DNA of 64,000 nt from a virus (taxonomy: Duplodnaviria > Heunggongvirae > Uroviricota > Caudoviricetes > Ackermannviridae), in IMG/VR virus record IMGVR_UViG_2974693523_000001, positions 38,803-102,802 of that record; one strand, 5' to 3'. Below the pieces are notes generated by a model. That model worked only from the letters and a program-made list of their open reading frames with translations. It was not told the origin of the DNA and made no database searches. How positions within the stretch are numbered: the stretch's first letter is position 1; the number at the start of each line of letters is the position of its first letter. Below are positions 16,168-25,676 of the stretch, one piece after another. The translations under genes were made by a program, and so were the position numbers.

Positions 16168-17411
16168 CTAAAAGTGTTATTCGTGTTAGTATTGATGCCA
16201 ACAATTTTCTAATGGCTGAGCTTGCTGGTTCTGATTCATCTAGCAATAAATATACTTTAGAACGAATTAATAATGATCTTTATCTTACAACCCCTTTTGT
16301 TATGAGCCCTTTTACAAAACTCGATGGATTAATTGCTCTTGATGTTTTGGAAAATTGCTTAGCTTATATTTACCCAAAAGATTTGACTGAAGTTATTGGG
16401 TACAATGAAAAATGTGAGCGCGTTAATTTTGCAATTCGTGGACCTCATTGTCCATATGTAGAAATGCTTGCGCTTAATCCTGATATAATGACTCAAAACT
16501 ATATTCAAACTATTATTGATCTCTTGGATAATAGAAGATTTTTCTTTGATCAAAAAACGGGATTCCCAACACTCAATAGCACAGGTTTGTCAATGGCTGA
16601 GGCAAGAAAAATTAAAGCTAATGAATTGAGCATAGAAAAAACACCACAACCAGACGAAACACAAGAACCAACTCAACAAAAGTCAAATAAGGTTTTCTTA
16701 CGCTATGTGATGAGTTGCTGCGGTACAGAAGTAAGAATGGAAGAATTTGATGTATGTACAGATCATCCGTCAGGACCAAAACATTCTTCTGAGTATAGTT
16801 TCAGTGTGGTTGGCACTACTGTTTATCTTTACGCGGTTATAGCTGTTACTCTTGATGAATATGTGACTTGTGATGAGTTTATGGAAAAACTGTATAACTC
16901 TCGTAAATGGCGTAAAAATTTAATTGATATGACTCAAGGTACGCCGATTCAAAACGCTTTTTTTGGAAGTGGTGTTCGTGGTAGTTTTGGTGAAGCTGGT
17001 AAGATCCTTAATTGTTTTGGTGATTTTATTGTTGAAGGTAAAAAGAATCCAGAAGAACCACAGGAACAATCTGGTGATCTTTTCGTAAAAATTATAGGTG
17101 GGGTTGAAGGAACTTTGAAAGATGTAGGTAACATCATTAACCAAGTCAAGCAAAGTAGTCAGCTTTCACAAGCAAAAGCTATGATTAAAACACTCTTGCA
17201 TGGTATTAAAAAAGGTGAAGTTGATGTGGTTGACGTCGGTGTTGACGTGCGCGGTAAGAAATACGCCCTACGCATGAACGATCAACTAGGAGCAAGTGAT
17301 TGGCTAACTCTCCACAAAGCGAAAATCTTTATGGGTGGGAAAGTTGATGTTGGCCGTTACATTGTACCCACCGCGATGATGGAGCAATTTAAAGAAGCAT
17401 TAGGAGAATAA
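16164..17411 (+). CDS. hypothetical protein (415 aa)
   Basis: Long ORF, overlapping start/stop. Confidence 0.55.
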   Translation: MTKSVIRVSIDANNFLMAELAGSDSSSNKYTLERINNDLYLTTPFVMSPFTKLDGLIALDVLENCLAYIYPKDLTEVIGYNEKCERVNFAIRGPHCPYVEMLALNPDIMTQNYIQTIIDLLDNRRFFFDQKTGFPTLNSTGLSMAEARKIKANELSIEKTPQPDETQEPTQQKSNKVFLRYVMSCCGTEVRMEEFDVCTDHPSGPKHSSEYSFSVVGTTVYLYAVIAVTLDEYVTCDEFMEKLYNSRKWRKNLIDMTQGTPIQNAFFGSGVRGSFGEAGKILNCFGDFIVEGKKNPEEPQEQSGDLFVKIIGGVEGTLKDVGNIINQVKQSSQLSQAKAMIKTLLHGIKKGEVDVVDVGVDVRGKKYALRMNDQLGASDWLTLHKAKIFMGGKVDVGRYIVPTAMMEQFKEALGE

Positions 17412-17413
17412 TC

Positions 17414-18322
17414 ATGCCTTATCTAAACGGACAAGAACTTTTTGAAAAGACTACGGGGCAACTGGTATTCTTTGACCGTTATCTCGATAAAACAGAAATG
17501 TTGATTTCTAAAGCTGTGACATACATGCACGAATGTCCAGATTCTGGTCAATGGGAGGAGCCCGTACCATCAGTTGCGAAATATGTTGTAGCTAGAGCTG
17601 ATTACACTGGCGTCAAACCTAAAGAATGCATACCAAAGTATTTGGCTAATGACATATTAAACGCTGAAGAAAAACTGCGTAAACTTGAAGAACGTTGTGA
17701 AGCCGCTCGAAAAAATTACGTTGCGGAAAGGGAAGCCCACGCTAACACTATGAAAGAGATTACTGAGCGCGCTAAACGTCTAACACCAAAACGTAAGCGG
17801 CAGATTGAGCTTGTGCTAGCACATCTAGAAGGTGTTGATCTGTATGTCATGAACGTGGGAAGTACATCATACGCGGTCAAGCGTCTAAGTGAATTCAAAG
17901 GTGATTATGGTGCCCGAATGTTGGGACTACACGGTGACTTCAGAGACGATAATAAGAAGTACGACTGGCACATCCATCAATATTCTGATGACTCCGGTAG
18001 CTGGACGCATTGCCTAGTTGCCCAAACTATGGAAGAGCTCAAAGAAAGGGCTTTGGAGTATAAGAAGACTCTTACTTCCGGTAATGATTGGCGAAGAGTC
18101 CACTTCCTGAAGTTCTTAGTGGAAAGGTTTCAATATGAGCTTACTGATGAAGAATTATCGGCAGTGCAAAAGGCTGATAAAGAAAAGGCTGAAGCGGAAA
18201 GTAAGCAGCGTGACAAACAAATTAATTCTCTTGTCCAACAAGCTGAGATTTTGGGTTATGTACTACATCCTCTCCCTCAAGGGGCTAACCTCGCACCCAA
18301 GCGACCAGAGCAACCATATTAA
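17414..18322 (+). CDS. hypothetical protein (302 aa), coiled-coil-rich
   Basis: ORF followed by a terminator. Confidence 0.55.
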   Translation: MPYLNGQELFEKTTGQLVFFDRYLDKTEMLISKAVTYMHECPDSGQWEEPVPSVAKYVVARADYTGVKPKECIPKYLANDILNAEEKLRKLEERCEAARKNYVAEREAHANTMKEITERAKRLTPKRKRQIELVLAHLEGVDLYVMNVGSTSYAVKRLSEFKGDYGARMLGLHGDFRDDNKKYDWHIHQYSDDSGSWTHCLVAQTMEELKERALEYKKTLTSGNDWRRVHFLKFLVERFQYELTDEELSAVQKADKEKAEAESKQRDKQINSLVQQAEILGYVLHPLPQGANLAPKRPEQPY

Positions 18323-18332
18323 CTAAATTATA

Positions 18333-18358
18333 GGCGGGATAATTCCCGCCTTTCTTTT
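18333..18358 (+). terminator. intrinsic terminator (GGCGGGATAATTCCCGCC + TTTCTTTT)
   Basis: 6-bp GC stem followed by a T-run. Confidence 0.7.
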
Positions 18359-18371
18359 AGGAGAAAATATC

Positions 18372-18722
18372 ATGACCAAGATACATTCACATAAACTAAA
18401 GAAACTAGCTGTAAAATTCCTAGAGCATTGTTTTGTTGCGGTTCTGTTGAGTATTGGTTATCTTATCCATCTATTACTTGAAACAAAAAGAAATTGGAAA
18501 AATTTAAGTTTCCACCAAGTAATAATGAATGATTCTGATTTTCATGAAGACGAAATTAGTTTATTGAAGTTTATTTGGTTATTATGTAATCTTGTACCAC
18601 TAAACGGTTATTATGTATCTGTTAATCCCGTTAAGCGTGGGTTATACATTGTTAATGGTCGCATCAATCGTATTTCTTTTGAGAGTAATTTCATAAATCA
18701 AGTTAAATCAGAGGAACTATAA
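18372..18722 (+). CDS. hypothetical membrane protein (116 aa)
   Basis: ORF with an N-terminal hydrophobic helix. Confidence 0.45.
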   Translation: MTKIHSHKLKKLAVKFLEHCFVAVLLSIGYLIHLLLETKRNWKNLSFHQVIMNDSDFHEDEISLLKFIWLLCNLVPLNGYYVSVNPVKRGLYIVNGRINRISFESNFINQVKSEEL

Positions 18723-19234
18723 TGAGAGTAATAGGATGGTTGTCGTTGTTTCTAAGTTTAAACACTTGGGCTATTACAAAATGTGATGTTGATTTCACAA
18801 CGGATCAATATCACGTAATGCAGAAAGCATATGACTATGCTGAACCAAAGGGGTGGGGATTTGTTATGGCTGCCATAGCATGGCAGGAATCATCAGCTGG
18901 TGAGGATCTAGTAAGATTTGAACCACCCTATACCTATAAAGATGTTAGTCTAGGTGTATTTCAAGTTCTCCTAAAAACCGCTATGGTTCATGAGAAATGT
19001 GATAATTCAAAATGTGCGGGTAAAATCCATCAAAACTTGCTAAACGACTTCCAGTACAACGCTGATCACGCTTATCAAGTTTTAATGTTTTGGGAAAAAG
19101 TGAGGGGTAGGGGCAACATTAAAGGAATATTAATGGGATATAATGGCGGTTACAGTAACTCAGATCGTTCCAAGCATTATGCTCATAAAGTGGCTGACAA
19201 AGTTGTCTATTTGAAAAATTGTGTGAGGTTATAA
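18722..19234 (+). CDS. secreted lytic-transglycosylase-like (SLT domain) protein
   Basis: Signal-peptide-like N-terminus; AIAWQESSAGE...SLGVFQV matches the SLT catalytic ES...G.MQ motif. Confidence 0.5.
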   Translation: MRVIGWLSLFLSLNTWAITKCDVDFTTDQYHVMQKAYDYAEPKGWGFVMAAIAWQESSAGEDLVRFEPPYTYKDVSLGVFQVLLKTAMVHEKCDNSKCAGKIHQNLLNDFQYNADHAYQVLMFWEKVRGRGNIKGILMGYNGGYSNSDRSKHYAHKVADKVVYLKNCVRL

Positions 19235-19425
19235 TGGTTTACGTTGCTGGTGAATACTCACTCATTTTTGTTAGTTTAATGGTTGTTTTTAATATGTTAC
19301 CTCTGCTCGACTATACAAGGTTCTTCATGAACGTTTGTTTGGTTATGTTGTACATGATTGGATTAATGAATAACGTCCACGAATTATTGTTTAATGTTTC
19401 TGGGACTGTTTTTATTGGAGAATAA
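19234..19425 (+). CDS. small hydrophobic membrane protein (63 aa)
   Basis: ATG at 19234 with GAGGT SD, overlapping TAATG with the upstream gene. Two predicted TM helices. Confidence 0.35.
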   Translation: MVYVAGEYSLIFVSLMVVFNMLPLLDYTRFFMNVCLVMLYMIGLMNNVHELLFNVSGTVFIGE

Positions 19426-19426
19426 A

Positions 19427-19945
19427 ATGGAAAATGAACAATTTATCACTTCTAAGGGTCTTGTTGTTATTAAAGGTGATTTGATAAAAGCCTATGTTAA
19501 TGATGATGTAAGTGAAATAGGTCATGGTGTTAACTGTCATTTTGTTGGCGCTGGATTTGCAGCTTTACTCGAAGAAGCTATTTACGAAAAACATGGTGTT
19601 AACTGTTACACCCAATTCAGAAATGAGCGTCACATTGTTGGTGAAGTAGTAGATCAACCCATTTTTAGTGATGTTATTTTCCATATGGTGACGCAACCAC
19701 AGCCTGGGCCATATGCGCGTTTAGACGCTATAGAGACATGTCTACGCAAGATCATTTTAAATCGTTACGTTAGCAGCATTAATATCCCATTTATCGGTGG
19801 TGGTATTGGTGGTCTGCCTGCTGATAAGGTTCTTATGTTATTAAACAAAATGGCTTCTGAGTTCAAAGAAAATCAAAAATGTTTAGTTCTTTGGTTACTA
19901 CCAGAATTCTACAACACTGCGAAATTATTCTATAAGGTGAAGTAA
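19427..19945 (+). CDS. Macro-domain (ADP-ribose binding/processing) protein
   Basis: GDLIKAYVNDDV..HGVNCHFVGAGFAALLEE and IPFIGGGIGGLP fit the macro pattern GD(I/L)T..VDAIVNAAN..GGGV and G.GI.G.P. Start moved to ATG 19427, which has GGAGA upstream. Confidence 0.45.
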   Translation: MENEQFITSKGLVVIKGDLIKAYVNDDVSEIGHGVNCHFVGAGFAALLEEAIYEKHGVNCYTQFRNERHIVGEVVDQPIFSDVIFHMVTQPQPGPYARLDAIETCLRKIILNRYVSSINIPFIGGGIGGLPADKVLMLLNKMASEFKENQKCLVLWLLPEFYNTAKLFYKVK

Positions 19946-20616
19946 TGAGTACAATTTTTGATTGTAAAGGTGGTGGTACCAACCAATTGGTCACACTGGA
20001 TACCGAAACACTTTCTAAATGGAGTGATGCTGTTGTATTGAGTATTGGGGTAACTGGTGGTGATATTACAATACCCACAACATTCAATGAATTAATTGAA
20101 AGTGGTTCATTCATTAAACTAGACGCAAAAGACCAATCTATTTTAGGAAGAAAAACATCCCCTGATACAGTTGATTGGTGGCGCAAACAATCACAAGAGA
20201 ACAAAATTGCTAGTTTCTACCCATGTGAAAATGATATTAAAATTTCACAATTAAAGGGTATTCTAATCAAAAAATTTGAAGAACTATGCGGTACGGGTAA
20301 TAGAGTCTATGCAGATCGTAATCTTTTTGATTTTTCCAAACTCCAACATATGTTTGAAGAAACACTGAAAACTGAAATTCCGTGGGATTATCATAATCTT
20401 TTTGATTTTGCAACTATGTTTAAAAGTTGGGGTGTTGGTCGTTACGCATCAATTTTTCCAAATGATATTCCTCCACGATTCGGATTCATATACCATGATC
20501 CTCTACATGATGCTGCACTGGACTGGTTAAGAACCCAACATGCTTTAGTGAAAATTGGTGTTCTTGACTTTGGTGAAGAATACAAGTTCAATGGGTTGTT
20601 TTATGAAAAACTATGA
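19945..20616 (+). CDS. DEDDh 3'-5' exonuclease (T4 DexA-like)
   Basis: LVTLDTETL (Exo I DxE motif) and YHDPLHDAALDW (Exo III H...D motif). Confidence 0.55.
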   Translation: MSTIFDCKGGGTNQLVTLDTETLSKWSDAVVLSIGVTGGDITIPTTFNELIESGSFIKLDAKDQSILGRKTSPDTVDWWRKQSQENKIASFYPCENDIKISQLKGILIKKFEELCGTGNRVYADRNLFDFSKLQHMFEETLKTEIPWDYHNLFDFATMFKSWGVGRYASIFPNDIPPRFGFIYHDPLHDAALDWLRTQHALVKIGVLDFGEEYKFNGLFYEKL

Positions 20617-20803
20617 GATAAGATCCAACAATCAAGGAAAAACTGTAGGTATTTACAGAAGATCTGATGGTTCACCGGTTGTTGTTCGTAATTTTAGTTG
20701 GTTTTCAAATAACTCATTAACGTCTGCAACCAAAGAACTTAATGAAATAATGGAAATTTTAGAACAGGAGAAGGAATATGAACAACAAAGAAACTCAAAA
20801 TAA
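20600..20803 (+). CDS. hypothetical protein (67 aa)
   Basis: ORF from ATG 20600; overlaps the upstream gene end. Confidence 0.35.
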   Translation, partial: FMKNYEIRSNNQGKTVGIYRRSDGSPVVVRNFSWFSNNSLTSATKELNEIMEILEQEKEYEQQRNSK

Positions 20804-20854
20804 GTCACCAAATTTACCTAAATCTCGTTCGTTTGGGCGCCCAAGAGGGTAGTC

Positions 20855-21250
20855 ATGAAACTATCCAAAACAACACTATCCAATACCCTGATTTGGATAT
20901 ATCTTAATCAAAACACAAAATTCCAACGCAAGGAAGTCCTCCAAGCGTTGGAGAATCATTTTATTTGCCTACCTGATGGTAAAATAGCCTTAACCAAATC
21001 AGGGCTTCTAATGCTGTCTACAGCGAATTCTCCCATATGGGATACATACACATTTCTAGAAAAACATGGGTATTTTATAGATGTTACCCCTACCAATAGG
21101 GATACCATTGTATTCAGACATTCAACACTACCATTAGACGATAGTTTGTCTTTAGTTGTTTTTCAAAACCTTACTTCGTTATATGATAAGAACAATAAAC
21201 TTATTAACAAATACGTTATTCTTAAGAGGCTGAAAAATGCTAACCAATGA
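20855..21250 (+). CDS. hypothetical protein (131 aa)
   Basis: ORF. Confidence 0.45.
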   Translation: MKLSKTTLSNTLIWIYLNQNTKFQRKEVLQALENHFICLPDGKIALTKSGLLMLSTANSPIWDTYTFLEKHGYFIDVTPTNRDTIVFRHSTLPLDDSLSLVVFQNLTSLYDKNNKLINKYVILKRLKNANQ

Positions 21251-21695
21251 AGAACAAATAAAGAAAATTATTGATGATCTAGGTCAACAAGCTTTGGTCA
21301 GTACCAAGAAAATGGAATATACCCAGTTTGTTATCAACAAACAGCCTTCCGTAAATGCACATAGTTACATGATCAAATTGACCCAGCCATTCTCTGGTGA
21401 TGAACTAAAACTTGTTGTGAAAATTGCAATAGCTAACATTTTTTCATATTGTGAGTCAGTAACTGACGTTGTTAATGATCTCAAAGATGTTCTTGAATCT
21501 GATGCCGCTCTAACTATGATTGAGTTGGATATGAAAAATGATATGACTGTTCTTTATTTTGGTAATCATAAAACTGTTTTTTATTCAATAAACACATATA
21601 ACAACAATGTTAATTTATTGAAGGAATATCCATTATCCCCTTACACCATTTCACAAATGCTTTCATTTTGTGCTGGTTCTCAGTTGGTACAATAA
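21237..21695 (+). CDS. hypothetical protein (152 aa)
   Basis: ORF. Confidence 0.45.
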   Translation: MLTNEEQIKKIIDDLGQQALVSTKKMEYTQFVINKQPSVNAHSYMIKLTQPFSGDELKLVVKIAIANIFSYCESVTDVVNDLKDVLESDAALTMIELDMKNDMTVLYFGNHKTVFYSINTYNNNVNLLKEYPLSPYTISQMLSFCAGSQLVQ

Positions 21696-21696
21696 T

Positions 21697-22161
21697 ATGG
21701 TTACATTAGAGAAAATTAGACAAAAATTCCCTGAACATTATCGCGTAACTTTTGGCTTTCAAGAAAGTGATTTTGAGGTTTTGGATAATAGTGACAAATT
21801 CTTACCTTTAATGATCAGTCCAGAACTTCTTACAAACATACATCTATCTTCAACACCACTTTTGAAAAATAGTGATGTAGTTGGCATTGTTCATAGTCCA
21901 GAAGTTTTACCACAAAATGAAAATTTTGTTGGTATACCTTGTAGATTTTCATTTAATGTTAATGAAACAATTGACAAGGCATTAGTCAAACAACTTCTTA
22001 ACATAAGATTTATCATCAGTAATATGGGTGGACCAAATAGATTGATTGGGTTTTATGTATTTGAAAATAAAACTAAAACTAAAGAAATGCCAGTAAAGGA
22101 ATTAGCTGCGTTTAGACTAGCATTAATGAATTTAAACAAAGGGAATAAAAATGGTTGTTAG
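21697..22161 (+). CDS. hypothetical protein
   Basis: ORF from ATG 21697, right after the upstream stop. Confidence 0.45.
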   Translation: MVTLEKIRQKFPEHYRVTFGFQESDFEVLDNSDKFLPLMISPELLTNIHLSSTPLLKNSDVVGIVHSPEVLPQNENFVGIPCRFSFNVNETIDKALVKQLLNIRFIISNMGGPNRLIGFYVFENKTKTKEMPVKELAAFRLALMNLNKGNKNGC

Positions 22162-22390
22162 TATTATTGATGCACTGAATCAAATTAGTTTGACCAACAT
22201 AAAGTATCAAATTCTAAACAAAGCGCTTACCAAAGCGAACAAGAAGCGCAACCACACCGAGATCACTCTGGTTACTGATGTAACACCCAACCAGTTGATT
22301 AGTAATGAACGTGTAGGTGTTATTGTTTGGATGGACAGATCAGAATATCAAAAAATAATTGATTATGTTAATGCTGGAGGTGAGAAATGA
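22151..22390 (+). CDS. hypothetical protein (79 aa)
   Basis: ORF. Confidence 0.4.
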   Translation: MVVSIIDALNQISLTNIKYQILNKALTKANKKRNHTEITLVTDVTPNQLISNERVGVIVWMDRSEYQKIIDYVNAGGEK

Positions 22391-22875
22391 AAACACATCT
22401 TTTAAAAGGCACGGGCTGTAAAGTACGAAACGAATCTGAGTATGGTATTGCCGTAGGGATCTATTTGGCTGCAGGTTGTTCTATCTGGCCGTGGCATAAA
22501 GGATGGCAAGGGCTACCAGAAGGTGAAGACCATATTGTGATCTCGTGGGAACCTCGCGGTATCATGGCTCAGGCTGGTTGTCCCAAACAAGTTTTTGAAA
22601 ATATTATGGAACTAATCTATGAGTTCCAACGCAAGGTAGATACGATGTGTGTTATACGTGTTTATCTACACGACGATAAAATTCTATATCTTGCGCGCGG
22701 TGTTGGTAAAAATGAACCGTTTATGCTTACCTCTGTTTACTCAGAAGCTTGGCAAATGGATCGGACTTGTGCTGAGCAAACTATGAAAAGTCTCGAAGAA
22801 TATTCAAAGAAACGCGATCTATACAGGGATTTGACGGTAGTTCCTCTAATGTGGGTTGAAGAATATGGATACTAA
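22387..22875 (+). CDS. hypothetical protein (162 aa)
   Basis: ORF, ATGA overlap. Confidence 0.45.
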   Translation: MKTHLLKGTGCKVRNESEYGIAVGIYLAAGCSIWPWHKGWQGLPEGEDHIVISWEPRGIMAQAGCPKQVFENIMELIYEFQRKVDTMCVIRVYLHDDKILYLARGVGKNEPFMLTSVYSEAWQMDRTCAEQTMKSLEEYSKKRDLYRDLTVVPLMWVEEYGY

Positions 22876-23275
22876 CAACGACAAGGCTCAAGATTTGATT
22901 GCCGCCCTAGAGTGGGAAAAGAGTCTTAAGCGCGAGCATACGGTTGATGAGGTTTTGAAGACTGAAAAAGACCGTTGTATTACCATCGGGTTCGTTGACG
23001 CCCTATGCGGGCATAAGACGGATATTAGAAACTTACTAGCCCGCATTGATGAGGAGACTAGAGCCATATCAGAAATGACCAGAAGCGGTGAAGTCACCAC
23101 GGTTCTGATCACTAACTCGCGTGGTTCAATTAAGTTAGAAGTTAATGGTTCTGAGCCACTAGTATTCATTGATGAAGCAGAAGTTCCATCTAACTTAGAA
23201 ACCCTACGTCGTGAAGCCCGACGCCTAGATCGCGAGCTGTTAGAGAAGGAGCGTAAGTTATGGAAGCGGAAATGA
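22856..23275 (+). CDS. hypothetical coiled-coil protein (139 aa)
   Basis: ORF. Confidence 0.45.
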   Translation: MKNMDTNNDKAQDLIAALEWEKSLKREHTVDEVLKTEKDRCITIGFVDALCGHKTDIRNLLARIDEETRAISEMTRSGEVTTVLITNSRGSIKLEVNGSEPLVFIDEAEVPSNLETLRREARRLDRELLEKERKLWKRK

Positions 23276-23529
23276 AAATAGTATTAGCCCAAGAAGAAGA
23301 TATCTATTGTCCAACATCTACCCTACCCCCTAAAGTGTGCCCGACGTGCGGGGGCAAGTCTGGAACCAGATCAGGGCACAGTACGATGGATTGTGTCAAC
23401 AACATGAAGAACCTTCTTCGTTTGACCTACACGTATATTGAAGCGACAGAGGAACATACTAACGCGGGTGAGAAAATCCGTTCACGTATGCTAGACAAGC
23501 TCAAAAACTTCAACCCTAACAAGGGGTGA
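23260..23529 (+). CDS. small zinc-ribbon protein (89 aa)
   Basis: CPTSTLPPKVCPTCGG...DCV: two Cys pairs. Confidence 0.4.
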   Translation: MEAEMKIVLAQEEDIYCPTSTLPPKVCPTCGGKSGTRSGHSTMDCVNNMKNLLRLTYTYIEATEEHTNAGEKIRSRMLDKLKNFNPNKG

Positions 23530-23591
23530 TCACTTTACAGCCGCGCATTTTCAAATTAATATGACCCTGAATAATTTCGGGGTTTTATTTT

Positions 23592-24233
23592 ATGAATATT
23601 TTTTATCTCTCACACAATGTTGAAGAATGCGCCCGCCATATGATTGACAAGCATATTGTCAAAATGCCGCTTGAGTCTATGCAGCTACTTTCAACAGCCG
23701 TTAGGCTTACTGTAGGCGTTTCTAAACCCTTTGTTGATGACACTGGCGCCACGCATTATGTTAACGTCTTAGAGGGTGAGAGAGTTCTGTTTGCGGATGT
23801 GTGCGTAGCGCATTACGCCGACGGCTCAACCAAGCGCATCACATTACGCCACGACAGCAAACTTCCCAAACATGTGATCGCACTTGATTTCATTAAGCAG
23901 AAGCCTTATTACGATCCAGAAACTCAGCGGGCGTTGGCTATAAGCCATGTCAACCATCCCTCTAATGTATGGGTTCGACAGTCTATACAGAATTTTAATT
24001 GGCTTAAGGATTTGACACTTGCAATGGAGTGTGAATGGAAGCTTAGGTATGCGCATCCAGAACACGTAAGACATAAATCAGTACAGTTGCTTGACGTAAT
24101 GCCGCAACCGATTCTAAACGATTCTGGCTTTACTCAACCGACTCCGGCGATGCCAGACAAATACAAGGTTGAAGGTGATAGCATCGCTTCTTATTGGAAT
24201 TATTACCGCGCTGAAAAATTGTTGTTGCAATAG
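23592..24233 (+). CDS. hypothetical protein (213 aa); weak resemblance to pyrimidine-dimer DNA glycosylase (DenV) N-terminus
   Basis: N-terminal LSHNVEECARHMIDKHIVKMPLES loosely resembles T4 endonuclease V's [20 protein letters not shown]. The rest is unrelated, so this is tentative. Confidence 0.3.
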   Translation: MNIFYLSHNVEECARHMIDKHIVKMPLESMQLLSTAVRLTVGVSKPFVDDTGATHYVNVLEGERVLFADVCVAHYADGSTKRITLRHDSKLPKHVIALDFIKQKPYYDPETQRALAISHVNHPSNVWVRQSIQNFNWLKDLTLAMECEWKLRYAHPEHVRHKSVQLLDVMPQPILNDSGFTQPTPAMPDKYKVEGDSIASYWNYYRAEKLLLQ

Positions 24234-24292
24234 TTGTTTTTTCAATATACTATGAATTTAACTTCTTAAGGCAAACTATAAGGAAAGCCAAA
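24225..24292 (+). promoter_or_regulatory. promoter (-35 TTGCAA, 17 bp, -10 TACTAT) plus conserved 5'UTR cassette CTTAAGGCAAAC-TAAAGGAAAGCCAAAATGAA
   Basis: The same UTR and SD block is found at 32906-32941 and 33240-33274. Confidence 0.45.
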
Positions 24293-24577
24293 ATGAACCA
24301 GTACAACAAAGCAATCATCAAAGCGGCAGTCGCTCAAGGCTATTGGTTATCAGTAGCGGATGAAGAGGGTGTTATCCTAACCCGTACCCAAAACGTCGAA
24401 GCGGTTGAGACCCACGTTGATGACGTGGATGAAGCTGTGGTGATCGTGCGCGCTAACAATGACGGCGTATTCACAAAAATCGGCTGTTTATATTTTGCTG
24501 ATAGTGAAATGTATGACTACACGGCCAATGACTTCATTGAGCGTATTGTTCAATCAGTGCAAGACACTCGTCTATAA
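24293..24577 (+). CDS. hypothetical protein (94 aa)
   Basis: ORF led by the conserved UTR cassette. Confidence 0.5.
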   Translation: MNQYNKAIIKAAVAQGYWLSVADEEGVILTRTQNVEAVETHVDDVDEAVVIVRANNDGVFTKIGCLYFADSEMYDYTANDFIERIVQSVQDTRL

Positions 24578-24588
24578 GGAGTACAGTC

Positions 24589-25062
24589 ATGGAAAAGGTA
24601 TGTGTAGCAGTTGACCACAAACACGACGATTCTAACGGCGCGTACAGCATCTTTTATATGTGGGATGGCAAGGAAGTTTCCACAGAAGGTGGTATGTACT
24701 CCGGTTTAGCTTACAATCACTATTCGGTAGACGCTTCTGAAGAACAAATCAAGGCGGCTAGTGATTACATGCGTGAAACTGCTGAAGAGGGGTATGCCTA
24801 CAACAGAAACGCAAATTGTTTTCGTGGTGATTACACTTATATTGGATGTGTTGTTAAGCTGGCGCGCTCACGCAAAGCCCCGAACAACACTGAACTAGAA
24901 GTGATTGATTATATTGATCGCTTTTACAATAAAAAGTTCCACAGTTGGGTAGAAGCTAAAATTGTTGTTCAGAATTCTGATGGCAACACATACTATGTTT
25001 CTGTGGGTTGTATTAAGGAAGTTGTGAAAGGTGTTAAGGAATTGCCTTATTGGGTGAAATAA
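24589..25062 (+). CDS. hypothetical protein (157 aa)
   Basis: ORF followed by a terminator. Confidence 0.5.
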   Translation: MEKVCVAVDHKHDDSNGAYSIFYMWDGKEVSTEGGMYSGLAYNHYSVDASEEQIKAASDYMRETAEEGYAYNRNANCFRGDYTYIGCVVKLARSRKAPNNTELEVIDYIDRFYNKKFHSWVEAKIVVQNSDGNTYYVSVGCIKEVVKGVKELPYWVK

Positions 25063-25089
25063 TAGGTCTGTTATCAGAATAAAAAAGAA

Positions 25090-25120
25090 AAGAGCGGCTA
25101 AAGCTGCTCTTTTTTGTTTG
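25090..25120. terminator. intrinsic terminator (AGAGCGGC-TAAA-GCTGCTCT + T5), A-run upstream so potentially bidirectional
   Basis: Hairpin plus TTTTTGTTT. Confidence 0.55.
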
Positions 25121-25231
25121 TTGTAATAATAGTCAGTAACTATCTGTTACCTAACTTAACCCCATTGACACAGTAGACACACTACAACCTACATTATCTG
25201 TTGCAATTTCAGTACTTGTTTTAAGACCTTC

Positions 25232-25573
25232 TTAGTAACGTGGATAAACACAAACAATGAGTTCTCTGTTAGCAGACAACCCAGATGATGTGAACTTATA
25301 CTTACCACCTACAATTCTGGTAGATGGAATTTTGGTTGATTCAGTTGTTGTGAATGGTGAACCTTCTAACGGTTCCCATGCGGTTTCTTCAAAGCAAATT
25401 TGTTTTTCAACTGATATTGTTACACCACCCGTAGAAGCGGGGACAACATGGGTTAGGGTGTCAGTTGAAGGATCGCGTTCAAATACACCCCATTCAATAT
25501 AGAGTTCAGCAATTTCTGGGTTGATTTGGATTACTTTTTCGGGGTTTGTGTTTGTTAGATAAATCTTTTGCAT
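25232..25573 (-). CDS. hypothetical protein (113 aa)
   Basis: Lone minus-strand ORF in a plus-strand block. Confidence 0.4.
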   Translation of the reverse strand: MQKIYLTNTNPEKVIQINPEIAELYIEWGVFERDPSTDTLTHVVPASTGGVTISVEKQICFEETAWEPLEGSPFTTTESTKIPSTRIVGGKYKFTSSGLSANRELIVCVYPRY

Positions 25574-25676
25574 GATATAAACCTCTTGTTACGTTTGTTC
25601 TATTTAGTGAAAAGTTTACTTCGTTGTTGATTCATGTTATGTTGATGCAAATTAATCCCAACTAGGAATTTTCAAA

